A DNA stretch of 64,000 nucleotides from Alphaproteobacteria bacterium (lineage in GTDB: Bacteria > Pseudomonadota > Alphaproteobacteria > SHVV01): assembly GCA_965261645.1 (NCBI GenBank), contig CBDHDJ010000002.1, positions 769,804 through 833,803 on the forward strand, given 5' to 3'. Under the pieces are notes generated by a model. That model was not told where the DNA came from. It saw only the letters and a program-made list of their open reading frames with translations, and made no database searches. Of this stretch, positions 52,261 through 62,269 are shown one piece after another (positions within the stretch are counted from its first letter, which is position 1; each line of letters begins with the position of its first letter). Both the position numbers and the translations under genes were made by a program.

Positions 52261-53289
52261 ATGGGTTTCATCCGCACGGTTCTTGGTGATATCGCGCCCG
52301 ATGAGGCCGGCGTCACCCTTACCCATGAGCATACGCTGGTTCATTGGCCGGGCGCGGAGTTCGACCACCGGTCGGTTTACGACTGGGACGATGTGATCGG
52401 CGGGCTCAGCGCCGAGTTCAAGCTCGGCGCGGAACTCTTCGGCCTCAAAACCCTGGTCGACTGCACGACCGTCGAGCTTGGCCGTCACCCTGACATGTTG
52501 TGCGAGGCATCGCGGCGAAGCGGCGTTCACATCGTTGCGGCTACCGGCTTTTTCTGCGAGAGCATGGGCGTGCCCTATCATTGGCGCCGCCAGTCCGCTG
52601 ATGAAATCGCGGAATTCCTGGCGCGCGATATCACCGAGGGGATCGTCGGGAGCGAGGTGAAGTGCGGCATCATCAAAGTCGCCTCGGGACAGGATGATGC
52701 GCATCCTCATCCCAGCCCCGAGGGAGCGAATGGGCGCCATATCGGCGATTACGAGCAGCGCATCTTCCGCGCCGCGGCCCGCGCCCAGAATCTGACGGGA
52801 TGCCCGATCACGACCCACATCGACCCTGAGGACTGGAAGGTGGCCAACATCGGGCTCGAACAGCTCGAGCTATTGATGGAGGACGGTGCCGATCCCACCA
52901 AGATCATTATCGGCCACACCTTTTACGCGACCATCGAGCAGCTCGAGGCGATCCTGCGACACGGCGCCTATGTCCAGCTCGATAATTTCGGCACCCAGTG
53001 GCGCGGACTCTCCGATGATGCGGCTGTGGAATTGATGTATCAGGCCGTTGAACGCGGTTACGACGAGCAGCTTCTGCTTGCCTTCGACCGCTTTTGGTAT
53101 CAGATGCGGGGCGACCGGCCGTTCACCGAGCTCGATCCGGAGGTGGCGGCGCGCATGCCGCTCGATTTCCTGCCCAACGATCTCCTGCCGCGCATGCGCC
53201 GGTGCGGCATCAGCGACGACATCATCCACAAGATCACGATGGACAACCCTGCCCGTCTGTTGACGTTCGCAGAAGACCGGGCCCACTAA
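52261..53289 (+). CDS. phosphotriesterase-family (amidohydrolase) protein, Lys-type
   Basis: 342 aa. HxH (TLTHEH), bridging-lysine motif CGIIKVA, TTHID, IIGHTF and LAFDRF, as in phosphotriesterase and lactonase-like family members. Confidence 0.75.
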   Translation: MGFIRTVLGDIAPDEAGVTLTHEHTLVHWPGAEFDHRSVYDWDDVIGGLSAEFKLGAELFGLKTLVDCTTVELGRHPDMLCEASRRSGVHIVAATGFFCESMGVPYHWRRQSADEIAEFLARDITEGIVGSEVKCGIIKVASGQDDAHPHPSPEGANGRHIGDYEQRIFRAAARAQNLTGCPITTHIDPEDWKVANIGLEQLELLMEDGADPTKIIIGHTFYATIEQLEAILRHGAYVQLDNFGTQWRGLSDDAAVELMYQAVERGYDEQLLLAFDRFWYQMRGDRPFTELDPEVAARMPLDFLPNDLLPRMRRCGISDDIIHKITMDNPARLLTFAEDRAH

Positions 53290-53313
53290 CGAAGCCCAAA
53301 AGGGGGGACGACG

Positions 53314-54354
53314 ATGGCGATCGTACGAACCGTGTCGGGGGATATCGATCCCGGCGACCTCGGCATCACGCTCTGCCACGAACACCTGCACATCGAGCTC
53401 AAGAAAATCTTCGCTGAGCCGGAAGATGCCAAGGGTAAGGAGATGGCCCACGAGCCGGTGGAGATGCAGAATCTCGGCTGGATCCATTCCAACTACATCA
53501 ACAACCTCGACAATCTCGGTCTCTACGACGAGGAGACCACGATCAAGGAGATTCGGCGGTTTCGCGAAGCCGGCGGCTCGACCCTGGTCGAGGTCACGCC
53601 GGTCGATATCGGGCGCGATCCGGAAGGTCTCGTCCGCATCGCCAAAGCGGCCGATCTCAACGTCGTCATGGGCAGTGGCTATTACGTCTATGGCACCCAT
53701 CCCGATGGCATGGCCGAGCGGCCGGACGACGACATCACCGAGGAAATCGTGCGCGATGTGACCCACGGCGTCGGCAATACCGGCATCAAGTCGGGCATCA
53801 TCGGCGAGATCGGCTGCACGTGGCCGCTGCATGACAGCGAGCGCAAGGTGCTGCGCGCCGCCGCCCAGGCGCAGCAGGAGACCGGCGCCGTTCTCACCAT
53901 TCACCCGGGACGCGATCCTGCCGCCCCGCACGAAATCCTCGATGTGATCGAGGGCGCCGGCGGCGAGGCCGCGCGTACTATCATGGGTCACCTCGATCGC
54001 ACGTTTCACAAGTTTGCTGATTTCAAGACCTTCGCCCAACGGGGATGTTTCCTGGAACTCGACCTATTCGGCTTGGAAAGCGCTTATTACCCGTTCGGCA
54101 AGATGGACATGCCCAACGACGGCCGGCGTATCGATCTCATCATCCGGTTGATCGAGGCGGGGCATCTCGACCAGATGCTGATTTCCCATGACATTGCTTT
54201 CAAACACCTTCTCGTGACCTACGGCGGGCGGGGCTACGGCCACATTCTGCAAAACGCCGTGCCCAAGATGCGCGACAAGGGGATGAGCGAAGCGCACATC
54301 ACTACGCTCCTCGAGGTCAACCCGCGGCGCGCGCTGTCGATTGCCGACGCTTGA
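53314..54354 (+). CDS. phosphotriesterase-family protein, Php-like (Glu-type)
   Basis: 346 aa. HxH (TLCHEH) and GIIGEIG (Glu in place of the carbamylated Lys, as in E. coli Php), plus …TIHPGRD…MGHLDR…ISHD. Confidence 0.75.
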   Translation: MAIVRTVSGDIDPGDLGITLCHEHLHIELKKIFAEPEDAKGKEMAHEPVEMQNLGWIHSNYINNLDNLGLYDEETTIKEIRRFREAGGSTLVEVTPVDIGRDPEGLVRIAKAADLNVVMGSGYYVYGTHPDGMAERPDDDITEEIVRDVTHGVGNTGIKSGIIGEIGCTWPLHDSERKVLRAAAQAQQETGAVLTIHPGRDPAAPHEILDVIEGAGGEAARTIMGHLDRTFHKFADFKTFAQRGCFLELDLFGLESAYYPFGKMDMPNDGRRIDLIIRLIEAGHLDQMLISHDIAFKHLLVTYGGRGYGHILQNAVPKMRDKGMSEAHITTLLEVNPRRALSIADA

Positions 54355-55442
54355 GGAACGCCTCGTCGTCCAAGCCGGGCCGGTCTGATAAGGAGGTCGA
54401 TATAGCCATCATTCGAACCGTGTCGGGCGATATCGCCCCCGACGACATCGGCATCACGCTGTGCCACGAGCATCTGATGATCGATCTCCGCGGCCTCTTC
54501 TGGGAGCCGGAGGACGAGCACGGCAAGGAGATGGCCTACGTACCGGTCGAGATCCAGAATCTCGGCTGGATCCACACGAACTTCATCAACAATCTCGACA
54601 ATGCCGGGCTTTTCGAAGAACAGGTCACGATCGACGAGGTCCGGGCATTTCGCGAGGCCGGCGGCGCCACCCTGGTCGAGGTCACTCCCACCGATGTCGG
54701 CCGCGATCCCGAAGGCCTAGTTCGCATCGCCGAGGCTTCGGGCCTCAACGTCATCATGGGCAGCGGCTACTACGTCCATGTCACACATCCCGAGGACATG
54801 ACCGAGCGGCCCGAGGACGATATCACCGGCGAGATCGTGCGCGACGTCACCCGCGGCGTCGGCAACACGGGCATCAAGTCCGGCATCATCGGCGAAATTG
54901 GCTGCACCTGGCCGCTCCACGATAACGAAGCCAAGGTGCTGCGTGCCGCCGCCCGGGCGCAGCAGGAGACCGGCGCGGTGCTCACCATTCACGTCGGGCG
55001 CGATCCCGGCTCACCGCATGAAATTCTCGATGTCATCGAGGGCGCCGGCGGCGATGGCACCCGCACCATCATGGGACATCTCGATCGCACCTTTCACCGC
55101 TTTCGCGATTTCCGGGCGTTCGCGGAGCGCGGCTGTTATCTGGAATTCGATCTGTTCGGCCGGGAGACCGCTTACTTTCCGTTCGGCAAGATGGATATGC
55201 CCAACGACGGCCGGCGCCTCGATATCATCATCGATCTGATCGAGGCGGGGTTCCTTGAGCGCATCCTGATGTCCCAGGACCACGCCACCAAGCACAGCAC
55301 GGCGCGGTATGGCGGCTGGGGGTACGACCACATCCTGCGAAGAACCGTGCCCAAGATGCGCGACAAGGGGATGAGCGAGGCGCAGATCACGACCATACTC
55401 GTAGACAATCCACGCCGCGCGTTGGCGATCGAGTCAACCTAG
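54351..55442 (+). CDS. phosphotriesterase-family protein, Php-like (Glu-type), tandem paralog
   Basis: About 75% identical to the preceding paralog. The position homologous to its ATG is ATA, preceded by AAGGAGG. The only in-frame upstream start is a TTG at 54351. Confidence 0.7.
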   Translation: MRNASSSKPGRSDKEVDIAIIRTVSGDIAPDDIGITLCHEHLMIDLRGLFWEPEDEHGKEMAYVPVEIQNLGWIHTNFINNLDNAGLFEEQVTIDEVRAFREAGGATLVEVTPTDVGRDPEGLVRIAEASGLNVIMGSGYYVHVTHPEDMTERPEDDITGEIVRDVTRGVGNTGIKSGIIGEIGCTWPLHDNEAKVLRAAARAQQETGAVLTIHVGRDPGSPHEILDVIEGAGGDGTRTIMGHLDRTFHRFRDFRAFAERGCYLEFDLFGRETAYFPFGKMDMPNDGRRLDIIIDLIEAGFLERILMSQDHATKHSTARYGGWGYDHILRRTVPKMRDKGMSEAQITTILVDNPRRALAIEST

Positions 55443-55474
55443 TCGGTTGGCTGCGCCGAGACAGGGAGGACCCC

Positions 55475-55870
55475 ATGAAACCGAAAATCATTCGCTCCAA
55501 ATTGCTGCCGTCCTTCGACGGTGTCGGCATCGCTCATGCCGTGCAATACGACAACTTCGTCTTCATCTCCGGCCAGATCCCGATCGATCCCGAGGGCAAC
55601 ATCGTCGGCAAGGGCGATGTCAAGGCCCAGACCGCGCATATCTACGGGATTCTCAAGGGCTTGTTGGCGGAACTCGGCGGCGGGCTCGCCAACATCGTCA
55701 AGCTGACGACGTTCTACGTGAACCCGGACGATTTTTCCCAGATGGCGGAAGTCCGCAAAAACACCTTCAACGAAGGCCACGTCGCGGCCAGCAGCGCCTT
55801 CTGCGTGACCGCGCTCGCCCATCCCGATGCCCTGGTCGAGGTCGAGGCCATCGCGATACTCGACGACTGA
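55475..55870 (+). CDS. ridA: RidA/YjgF-family enamine/imine deaminase
   Basis: 131 aa with a typical YjgF/RidA sequence (…VFISGQIPIDPEGNIVGKGDVKAQTAHIYGILKGLLAE…). A hairpin overlaps the stop. Confidence 0.8.
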   Translation: MKPKIIRSKLLPSFDGVGIAHAVQYDNFVFISGQIPIDPEGNIVGKGDVKAQTAHIYGILKGLLAELGGGLANIVKLTTFYVNPDDFSQMAEVRKNTFNEGHVAASSAFCVTALAHPDALVEVEAIAILDD

Positions 55871-55902
55871 TCGCGACCAGTCGTCGTCCAGCGGTCTCTT
55901 AG

Positions 55903-57346
55903 CAGCCCGTTGATTAAGTCGGCGCCGTCTGATTCTCTGGTTCCCTGATTTGCAGGGGGATTTGCCGATGGCGATGGGACGGCAGAAGGATGGTCAGGGG
56001 GACCTGATGGTGAGCTGGTCGGAGATGCCGCGCTCTCCGGGTCATGTGTTTTATGACCGCTTGCAGTCGGTGCTGATCGAGGGCGGCTTCGACGCCTTTG
56101 CCGAGGCGAGCTGCCGGCCTTATTACGCGGTCCGGATGGGCGCGCCCTCGGTGCCGCCCGGGCGCTATTTCCGGATGCACCTGGTGGGCTACTTTGAGGG
56201 CATCGACAGCGAGCGCGGTCTGGAGTGGCGCTGCTCGGACTCGCTTTCGCTGCGGGCGTTCCTGCGACTGGGGAGCCTTGATCGGGTACCGGACCATTCC
56301 TGGCTGTCACGGAGCCGCACGCGCCTGCCCCATGAAGTCCACGCGGCGGTCTTCGACTGGGTTCTGGTGCTGATCGCCGAGGCGGGGCTGATCAAGGGCG
56401 AGCGCATCGGCGTCGATGCCTCGACCATGGAGGCCAACGCGGCGCTGCGGAACATCGTGCGGCGCGACAACGGCGAAGGCTACCGGGAGATGCTGGAGCG
56501 CCTGGCCCGGGAAAGCGGGGTCGAGACACCCACGGCCGAGGACCTGGCGCGTCTGGACCGGAAGCGCAAGGGCAAGAAGCTTTCCAACACGGATTGGGTT
56601 TCGAAGAGCGACCCCGAGGCCAAGATCACCAAGATGAAGGACGGCACGACGCATCTGGCCTACAAGCCCGAGCACGCGGTGGATCTGGACACCGGCGCGG
56701 TGGTGGCGGCCGAGCTGCACCCGGCCGATGAGGGCGACACCACGACGCTTTCCAAGACCCTGGCGAAGGCCGAGGCAAACCTCGAGGCGGTGGATGCGGC
56801 ACCGACATCGGAGGACCCGGCCGAATGCGTCGCCGACAAAGGTTATCACTCACGGGCGGTCTTGAGGGCTCTGAACGACAGTCCCTGGAAGACCCGGATC
56901 GCGGCGCCCAAGCAGACCGGCTTTTCGCGCTGGCACGGTGATGAGGCGGCGCGGCGCGCGGTCACCAATAACCGTGCGCGGCTCAAGTCCGGGGTCGCCC
57001 GCGAGGCCTTCAAGCTGCGCGCCGAGATCGTAGAGCGCTGCTTTGCCCACAACCTCGATCGTGGCGGCATGCGACGAACCTGGCTGCGCGGGCGAGAGAA
57101 TGTGCACAAGCGATACCTGCTCCACGTCGCCGGCCACAATCTATCGTTACTGATGCGCCAGCTCATCGGCGCCGGCACCCCGCGGGAGGCCGTGGCGGGC
57201 GGATATGGCGGTATTTTCGTTCTGCTCACGCCCACCGGGGCCATGCTGGTGGCACGGGGGGGCTCGCAAAGCGGCCAGACGGCTTTCGCCGCCGCATTCC
57301 TCATCTGGGAGTGAGAGCCGGAAAAAGCCACTTAATCAACGGGCTG
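55903..57346 (+). mobile_element. IS5/IS1182-like insertion sequence, copy 6
   Basis: 4-bp target duplication TTAG. The right end lies directly on the stop codon of the convergent glyoxalase gene. Confidence 0.85.
55950..57314 (+). CDS. IS5/IS1182-family DDE transposase
   Basis: 454-aa ORF. Confidence 0.8.
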   Translation: MQGDLPMAMGRQKDGQGDLMVSWSEMPRSPGHVFYDRLQSVLIEGGFDAFAEASCRPYYAVRMGAPSVPPGRYFRMHLVGYFEGIDSERGLEWRCSDSLSLRAFLRLGSLDRVPDHSWLSRSRTRLPHEVHAAVFDWVLVLIAEAGLIKGERIGVDASTMEANAALRNIVRRDNGEGYREMLERLARESGVETPTAEDLARLDRKRKGKKLSNTDWVSKSDPEAKITKMKDGTTHLAYKPEHAVDLDTGAVVAAELHPADEGDTTTLSKTLAKAEANLEAVDAAPTSEDPAECVADKGYHSRAVLRALNDSPWKTRIAAPKQTGFSRWHGDEAARRAVTNNRARLKSGVAREAFKLRAEIVERCFAHNLDRGGMRRTWLRGRENVHKRYLLHVAGHNLSLLMRQLIGAGTPREAVAGGYGGIFVLLTPTGAMLVARGGSQSGQTAFAAAFLIWE

Positions 57347-57760
57347 TTAGGCCTCGATCAACTCGATCTTGTAGCCGTCGGGGTCCTGGACGAACGCGAT
57401 GACCGTGGTGCCGTGCTTCATCGGCCCGGGCGGGCGGGTGATCGTCACGCCGGCCTTCTCGAGGCGCTCGCAGGCGCCGTAGATGTCGGGCACGCCGATG
57501 GCGAGATGGCCGAACCCGCTGCCGACATCATAGGGCTCTTCCTGGTCCCAGTTGTGGGTCAACTCGATCACGGCGTTTGCGGTCTCGCTGCCATAGCCGA
57601 CGAAGACGTTGGTGAATTTGCCCTCGGGGTAGTCGGTCTTGCTCAGGACCTTCATGCCGAGTTGGCCCTCATAGAAGGCGAGCGCCTTGTCGAGGTCCTT
57701 GACGCGGATCATGGTGTGCAGGAGCCGGTAATCGCCAGCCTGGCTAGCATCGCTCATCAT
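57347..57760 (-). CDS. gloA: lactoylglutathione lyase (glyoxalase I)
   Basis: 137 aa. …LLHTMIRVKDLDKALAFYEGQLGMKVL…GFGHLAIGVPDIYGACERLEKAGV… matches GloA/VOC-family. Confidence 0.8.
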   Translation of the reverse strand: MMSDASQAGDYRLLHTMIRVKDLDKALAFYEGQLGMKVLSKTDYPEGKFTNVFVGYGSETANAVIELTHNWDQEEPYDVGSGFGHLAIGVPDIYGACERLEKAGVTITRPPGPMKHGTTVIAFVQDPDGYKIELIEA

Positions 57761-57967
57761 CTCACCTCCTGTCTCGTCCGTTCATTATAAATCCGAATGG
57801 CTCGATTCACGCTTTTTTGTGCTGGCCCGGACGTACGCGTCCGTGGACCGCTAAGTTTGGGATGCGGTTCACGTGAATTGGGAATAGCCTACGAGTCTAA
57901 TAGGGTGCATTGCCGAACGCACCCGGAGGGGACATCAATCACCAACTCGACAAGGGGAGGAACGAAA

Positions 57968-58990
57968 GTGGTCAAACTCAAATCGCTGGTTGTGACCATG
58001 GCGGTCGCAACCGCTTTTTTCGGTCTTGCGATTTTCGGTGCCGAGCATGCGTACGCCGGCGCCTGTGACAAATCGCCCGAGACGACCAAGATCACCGTGA
58101 TGGCCGACTGGCTTGCGTGGGCGGTGCAGGCGCCCGTCCTCTCGGCCATACAGAACGGCTACTACAAGGACGAAGGCCTGGAGGTCGAATTGATCCAGCC
58201 GGCCCAGGCGGCCGATCCCATCAGGCTCGTGGCGGCGGAGAAGGTTAACATCACCATGACCTACGTGCCGGAGATCTTCCAAGCGAGGGATACCGACATC
58301 CCGGTCGTCGCCATCGCGGTGACGCTGCGTCCATTGCCAACTGCGCTAATGGTGCTGCCCGATTCGGGGATCAAGAGCCCGGCCGATCTCAAGGGCAAAA
58401 CCCTCGGCGTCAACCCCATTCCGTCGGTCACGACTGGATTAAAAACCTTGCTGGCGACGGGCGGCCTCACCATGGACGACGTGAAGCTCGTCGATCCGGG
58501 CTATGGTGTCGTCGCGCTTCAGATGGCCGGCAAGGTGGATGCTGGCTACGTGCTCACCTATGCCGAGGGGATCGTCGCCACCGAGGAGCTTGCCAAGGAG
58601 GGCAAGCCGCCGGTGGAGTTCTTAATGTACCGCGACTATGGCGTGCCGGACTACTACTACCAGTTGTTGGCGGCCAACGAGCACTGGCTCAAGATCAATG
58701 CGGCGACGACTTGCCGCTTCCTGCGCGCGACCGCGCGGGGGTTCGAGACCTACAAGAAGAACCCTGAACCGATGATCGAGTGGATGGCGGCGGAGAACGA
58801 GGTGTTCACGATCGAGCAGCACCGGAAGATCGTCGAACTCACGATGGCTGACTGGACGGACGAGGACGGCAATCTCTGGGTCCAGGATGTCAAGATGTGG
58901 GCAGAGACTCAGGACTGGCTCGTAGAAGAGGGGCTTCTTTCGGCCCCCGCAGATCCGGAGAGCTACTTCACCAACGCGTATCTGCCGTAG
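57968..58990 (+). CDS. ABC transporter substrate-binding protein, NMT1/SsuA/TauA-like
   Basis: GTG start with GGAGG ribosome-binding site, then a signal peptide. NMT1/THI5-like fold (…TVMADWLAWAVQAPVLSAIQNGYYKDEGLEVELIQ…). Confidence 0.65.
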   Translation: MVKLKSLVVTMAVATAFFGLAIFGAEHAYAGACDKSPETTKITVMADWLAWAVQAPVLSAIQNGYYKDEGLEVELIQPAQAADPIRLVAAEKVNITMTYVPEIFQARDTDIPVVAIAVTLRPLPTALMVLPDSGIKSPADLKGKTLGVNPIPSVTTGLKTLLATGGLTMDDVKLVDPGYGVVALQMAGKVDAGYVLTYAEGIVATEELAKEGKPPVEFLMYRDYGVPDYYYQLLAANEHWLKINAATTCRFLRATARGFETYKKNPEPMIEWMAAENEVFTIEQHRKIVELTMADWTDEDGNLWVQDVKMWAETQDWLVEEGLLSAPADPESYFTNAYLP

Positions 58991-59096
58991 CGGGTCGATC
59001 AAAGAATTGCCGTGCCGGTGCTCAGGTGCCGGCACGGTTTTTCTGTCGAGCACGCCGCATTCCTAACGCCAGCGCTCAAATCAAGGGGAGGTTGCC

Positions 59097-60656
59097 ATGG
59101 CGGTGACAACGCCGACGCCGACTCAACTCCGCGAGGTGGCCGCGCACCTCGGCATGACGCTCAATGACGAGGAGGTCACGATCTACCTCGAATATCTTGA
59201 GGAGTTGAGCCCAATCTACGAGCGGCTCGACGCGATCCCAGACGCCTTGCCGGAGGTCAAATATCCGCGCACGTCCGGCTACCACCCGACCGGTGACGAG
59301 AACAAATACAACGCGTGGTACGTCAAGACCTCGATCAAGGGTCGGCCCCGCGGCAAGCTCGCCGGCAAAAAGGTGGCCATAAAGGATTCGATCTGTGTGG
59401 CCGGTGTCCCCATGATGATCGGGGCCTCGGTACTCGAGGGCTATCTGCCCGAGATCGATGCCACGCTCGTGACGCGCATCCTCGATGCCGGCGGTGAGAT
59501 CGCGGGCAAGGCCGTGTGTGAGTGTCTCGGCTATTCGAGTGGCAGCCATACGGCGCCAACCGGCAATGTCGAGAATCCACGCAAAAAGGGTTATTCGACC
59601 GGCGGCTCCTCATCGGGCAGCGCCGCGCTGGTGGCCGCGGGCGAAGTGGACTTGGCGGTGGGCAGCGACATGGCGGGCTCGGTCCGCATTCCCGCCTCGC
59701 ACTGTGGCATTTACGGCATGAAGGCCACCTGGGGTCTCGTGCCGTACACGGGTGTCGCGCACTACGATTTCAACACCGATAGCGTGGGGCCGCTGACCGC
59801 CACGGTGAGTGACAATGCGCTTTTTCTCGAAGTCCTCGCGGGTCCGGACGGCATCGATACGCGCCATGCCACGCCCTATCCCAAGGTGGCCCGCTACACG
59901 AAGGCCCTGGACAAGGAGATCAAGGGCTTGCGCATCGCGGTCATCGAGGAGGGTTTCCGTCAGCCCACGTCGCAGCCCGAGGTCGATGCGACCGTCCGTG
60001 AGGCGGCGCGTCAGTTCGCCCGCCTCGGCGCCACCGTTGACGAGGTCTCCATTCCCTGGCATCGCGACGGTTTCTCGGTGCTGGTCGCCTTCGAGAACGA
60101 ATGCCTGATCACGATGATGGAGGAGGGCTTCGGCACCAACCACGGCGGGCTCTATCTCAACAGCCTGGTCGAGAAACTGGCGGGTTGGCGCGGGCGGGCC
60201 GATGAGTTTCCCCACAATCTCAGGGTCGGCATGATCGCTGGCGCCCACGCCCGGGCCCAGCGCGGCCACCACTACTATTCCAAGGCGATGAACCTGATTC
60301 CGCAAATACGCGCGGCCTATGACGCGGTGTTGGCCGAGTACGATCTTCTGCTCATGCCGACGGTGACGGCCAAGGCCCGGCCGCTCCCGCCACCCGATGC
60401 CTCGCCCGCGGAGGTGATCGGGTGTGCGCTGGAGAACATCGAGAACACCTGCCCGTTCAATTTGACCTACCATCCCGCATTGTCTGCACCCTGCGGCATG
60501 GTCGACGGGCTGCCGATTGGCATGATGCTGATCGGCAAGCACTACGACGAAGCGACGATCTACCGCGCGGCGTACGCGTACGAACAACGGGTGGACTGGC
60601 AAAAGATCGCCGCCGGGCCACGCGCCAAACCGCGCCGTACACGACGCCGGCCATAG
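59097..60656 (+). CDS. amidase (amidase-signature family)
   Basis: 519 aa. Amidase-signature motif …GGSSSGSAALVAAGEVDLAVGSDMAGSVRIPASHCGIYGMKATWG…. Confidence 0.85.
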   Translation: MAVTTPTPTQLREVAAHLGMTLNDEEVTIYLEYLEELSPIYERLDAIPDALPEVKYPRTSGYHPTGDENKYNAWYVKTSIKGRPRGKLAGKKVAIKDSICVAGVPMMIGASVLEGYLPEIDATLVTRILDAGGEIAGKAVCECLGYSSGSHTAPTGNVENPRKKGYSTGGSSSGSAALVAAGEVDLAVGSDMAGSVRIPASHCGIYGMKATWGLVPYTGVAHYDFNTDSVGPLTATVSDNALFLEVLAGPDGIDTRHATPYPKVARYTKALDKEIKGLRIAVIEEGFRQPTSQPEVDATVREAARQFARLGATVDEVSIPWHRDGFSVLVAFENECLITMMEEGFGTNHGGLYLNSLVEKLAGWRGRADEFPHNLRVGMIAGAHARAQRGHHYYSKAMNLIPQIRAAYDAVLAEYDLLLMPTVTAKARPLPPPDASPAEVIGCALENIENTCPFNLTYHPALSAPCGMVDGLPIGMMLIGKHYDEATIYRAAYAYEQRVDWQKIAAGPRAKPRRTRRRP

Positions 60657-60871
60657 TCGGCCTGCGAGCGGAGTTTCGCCGCCGGCTCATGCGACGGCGG
60701 TCCAAACATTCTTTTGGGGCTTATTGAACCCGGATCTGCCCGCCGTCGATGTGGATGAGCTGGCCGTTCACGAGCGCCACCCGGTCCTTGAGCGAGAAGA
60801 TCTCGGTGAAGTAAGACATCGGTGTAGACCCTCCCCATGTCACCCGGCGCCATTTCGTCGCGCCCGTCCGC

Positions 60872-62172
60872 TCAATAGCCGTCGATGGCTTCGATGGGTT
60901 TCCACGTCGCGCGATCGAGCGGCGGCTCGCCTTCGGGAGCGAACCCCATGAGATAGCAGTAGTAGCGCCAAAAGGCGCGCACCGGAACCTCTGAGACCAC
61001 GGTATCGGAGTTGCCGATTTCACCCTGGCCGCCCATCGCGATGTACTCGTACTCCTCGCCCTGGCCACGCGCCGGATGAGCGAACCCGATTCGGAATCCT
61101 CCATCGAGATGCACCCGCCGGGTCCCATCCAGGCCACGTTGCGCTGGCGCATCATCCGAAGCTCCGGATCGTCGCCGACATAACCCAGTATGGTCCAATA
61201 AAGCTCGAACTCGCGCGGGCTCTTGGGTCGGATCTGGCGGATCATGAGGAAGTTCGATAGTTGCGCGATCAGCACGCCCGGGAAGATGCTCATGGTCGAA
61301 ACCGATACCCGGTCGCCCCACTCGTCGTGAAAATCGAGGAACTTGGGATCGGCGACCTTCAAATCGGCGAACACGTGATCGGTCGCCTCTGCCGCATCGA
61401 TGCCGCGCTTGTCGGGATCCTCGTCCTCCACTTTCACCCAGTAGGTGGCGTGGCGGCCGTACCTGTCCAACACCAGCGCGCCTTCCTGGGTATTGGCGTG
61501 GAGCCCGAAAATGGCCGGCATCTGGTGCAGAAGCCCCGCGTGGAATCCGTCGTTGAGGTTCTCCCAGTAAGATTTCCAGTTGGAGTTGAGTCGCTGGCGC
61601 ATGTGCCCCATTACCTCGACCGGTTTGGAGAACACGCGGTCGAGGGAATATTTCATGGTCTCGCCGAGATAGTCCTCGAGCGGTTCCACCTCCGGATCGA
61701 ACGAGGCCCAGATGACGCCGGCATAGGTGCTGGTCGTGAGCGCTTTCATACCGTGCTCGGACTTCTTGAAGTCCTTCGGCATGCCGCCCTTGCCGCCGGC
61801 GCCGCGCTCGAACGGCACCCCGATCAGGTTGCCCTTCAGATCGTAGCACCAGCGGTGGTAGACGCAGGTGTGCTCCATGGGGTGGCCCTTGGGCTGGCGC
61901 ACCACCAGCGTGGCGCGGTGGGCGCAGCGGTTGACCAGGGCGTGAACCGTGCCGTCCTCGGCGCGGTTCGCCACGACCGAGACATCGCCCGCGTAGGTGG
62001 TGAAGAAATCGCCCGGGTTGGGAATCTGGGCTTCGTGGCCGAGGCAGAGCCACACCGGGCCGCGCCAGATGCGCTTCTGCTCGCGCCCGTAGACATCCTG
62101 ATCGGTGATCACGGCCAGCGGTACGGCGCTGAAATCGGCCTTCGGCCACACCAATTCGCTCCAGTCCCGCAT
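60872..62172 (-). pseudogene. Rieske (2Fe-2S) non-haem iron oxygenase alpha subunit, C-terminal frameshift
   Basis: Rieske motif CAHRAT…CVYHRW and catalytic domain are in one frame (62172 to about 61120). The conserved C-terminus (…HLDGGFRIGFAHPARGQGEEYEYIAMGG…WKPIEAIDGY*) is in the -1 frame, ending at 60872. Confidence 0.7.
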
Positions 62173-62269
62173 GGCCCGACGTCTCCCCGAAGGCTCTTCG
62201 AACCGTCTGAAAGTCCTTGGATGCTACCGATTCCACGCGGTCCGAACAAGCCGGTCGCCAGCCCGCCCG

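Noticed and set aside
55862-55885. 8-bp perfect hairpin (GACGACTG…CAGTCGTC) overlapping the ridA stop as a terminator
   Set aside because: No downstream U-tract. Recorded as a possible attenuator or stabiliser only.
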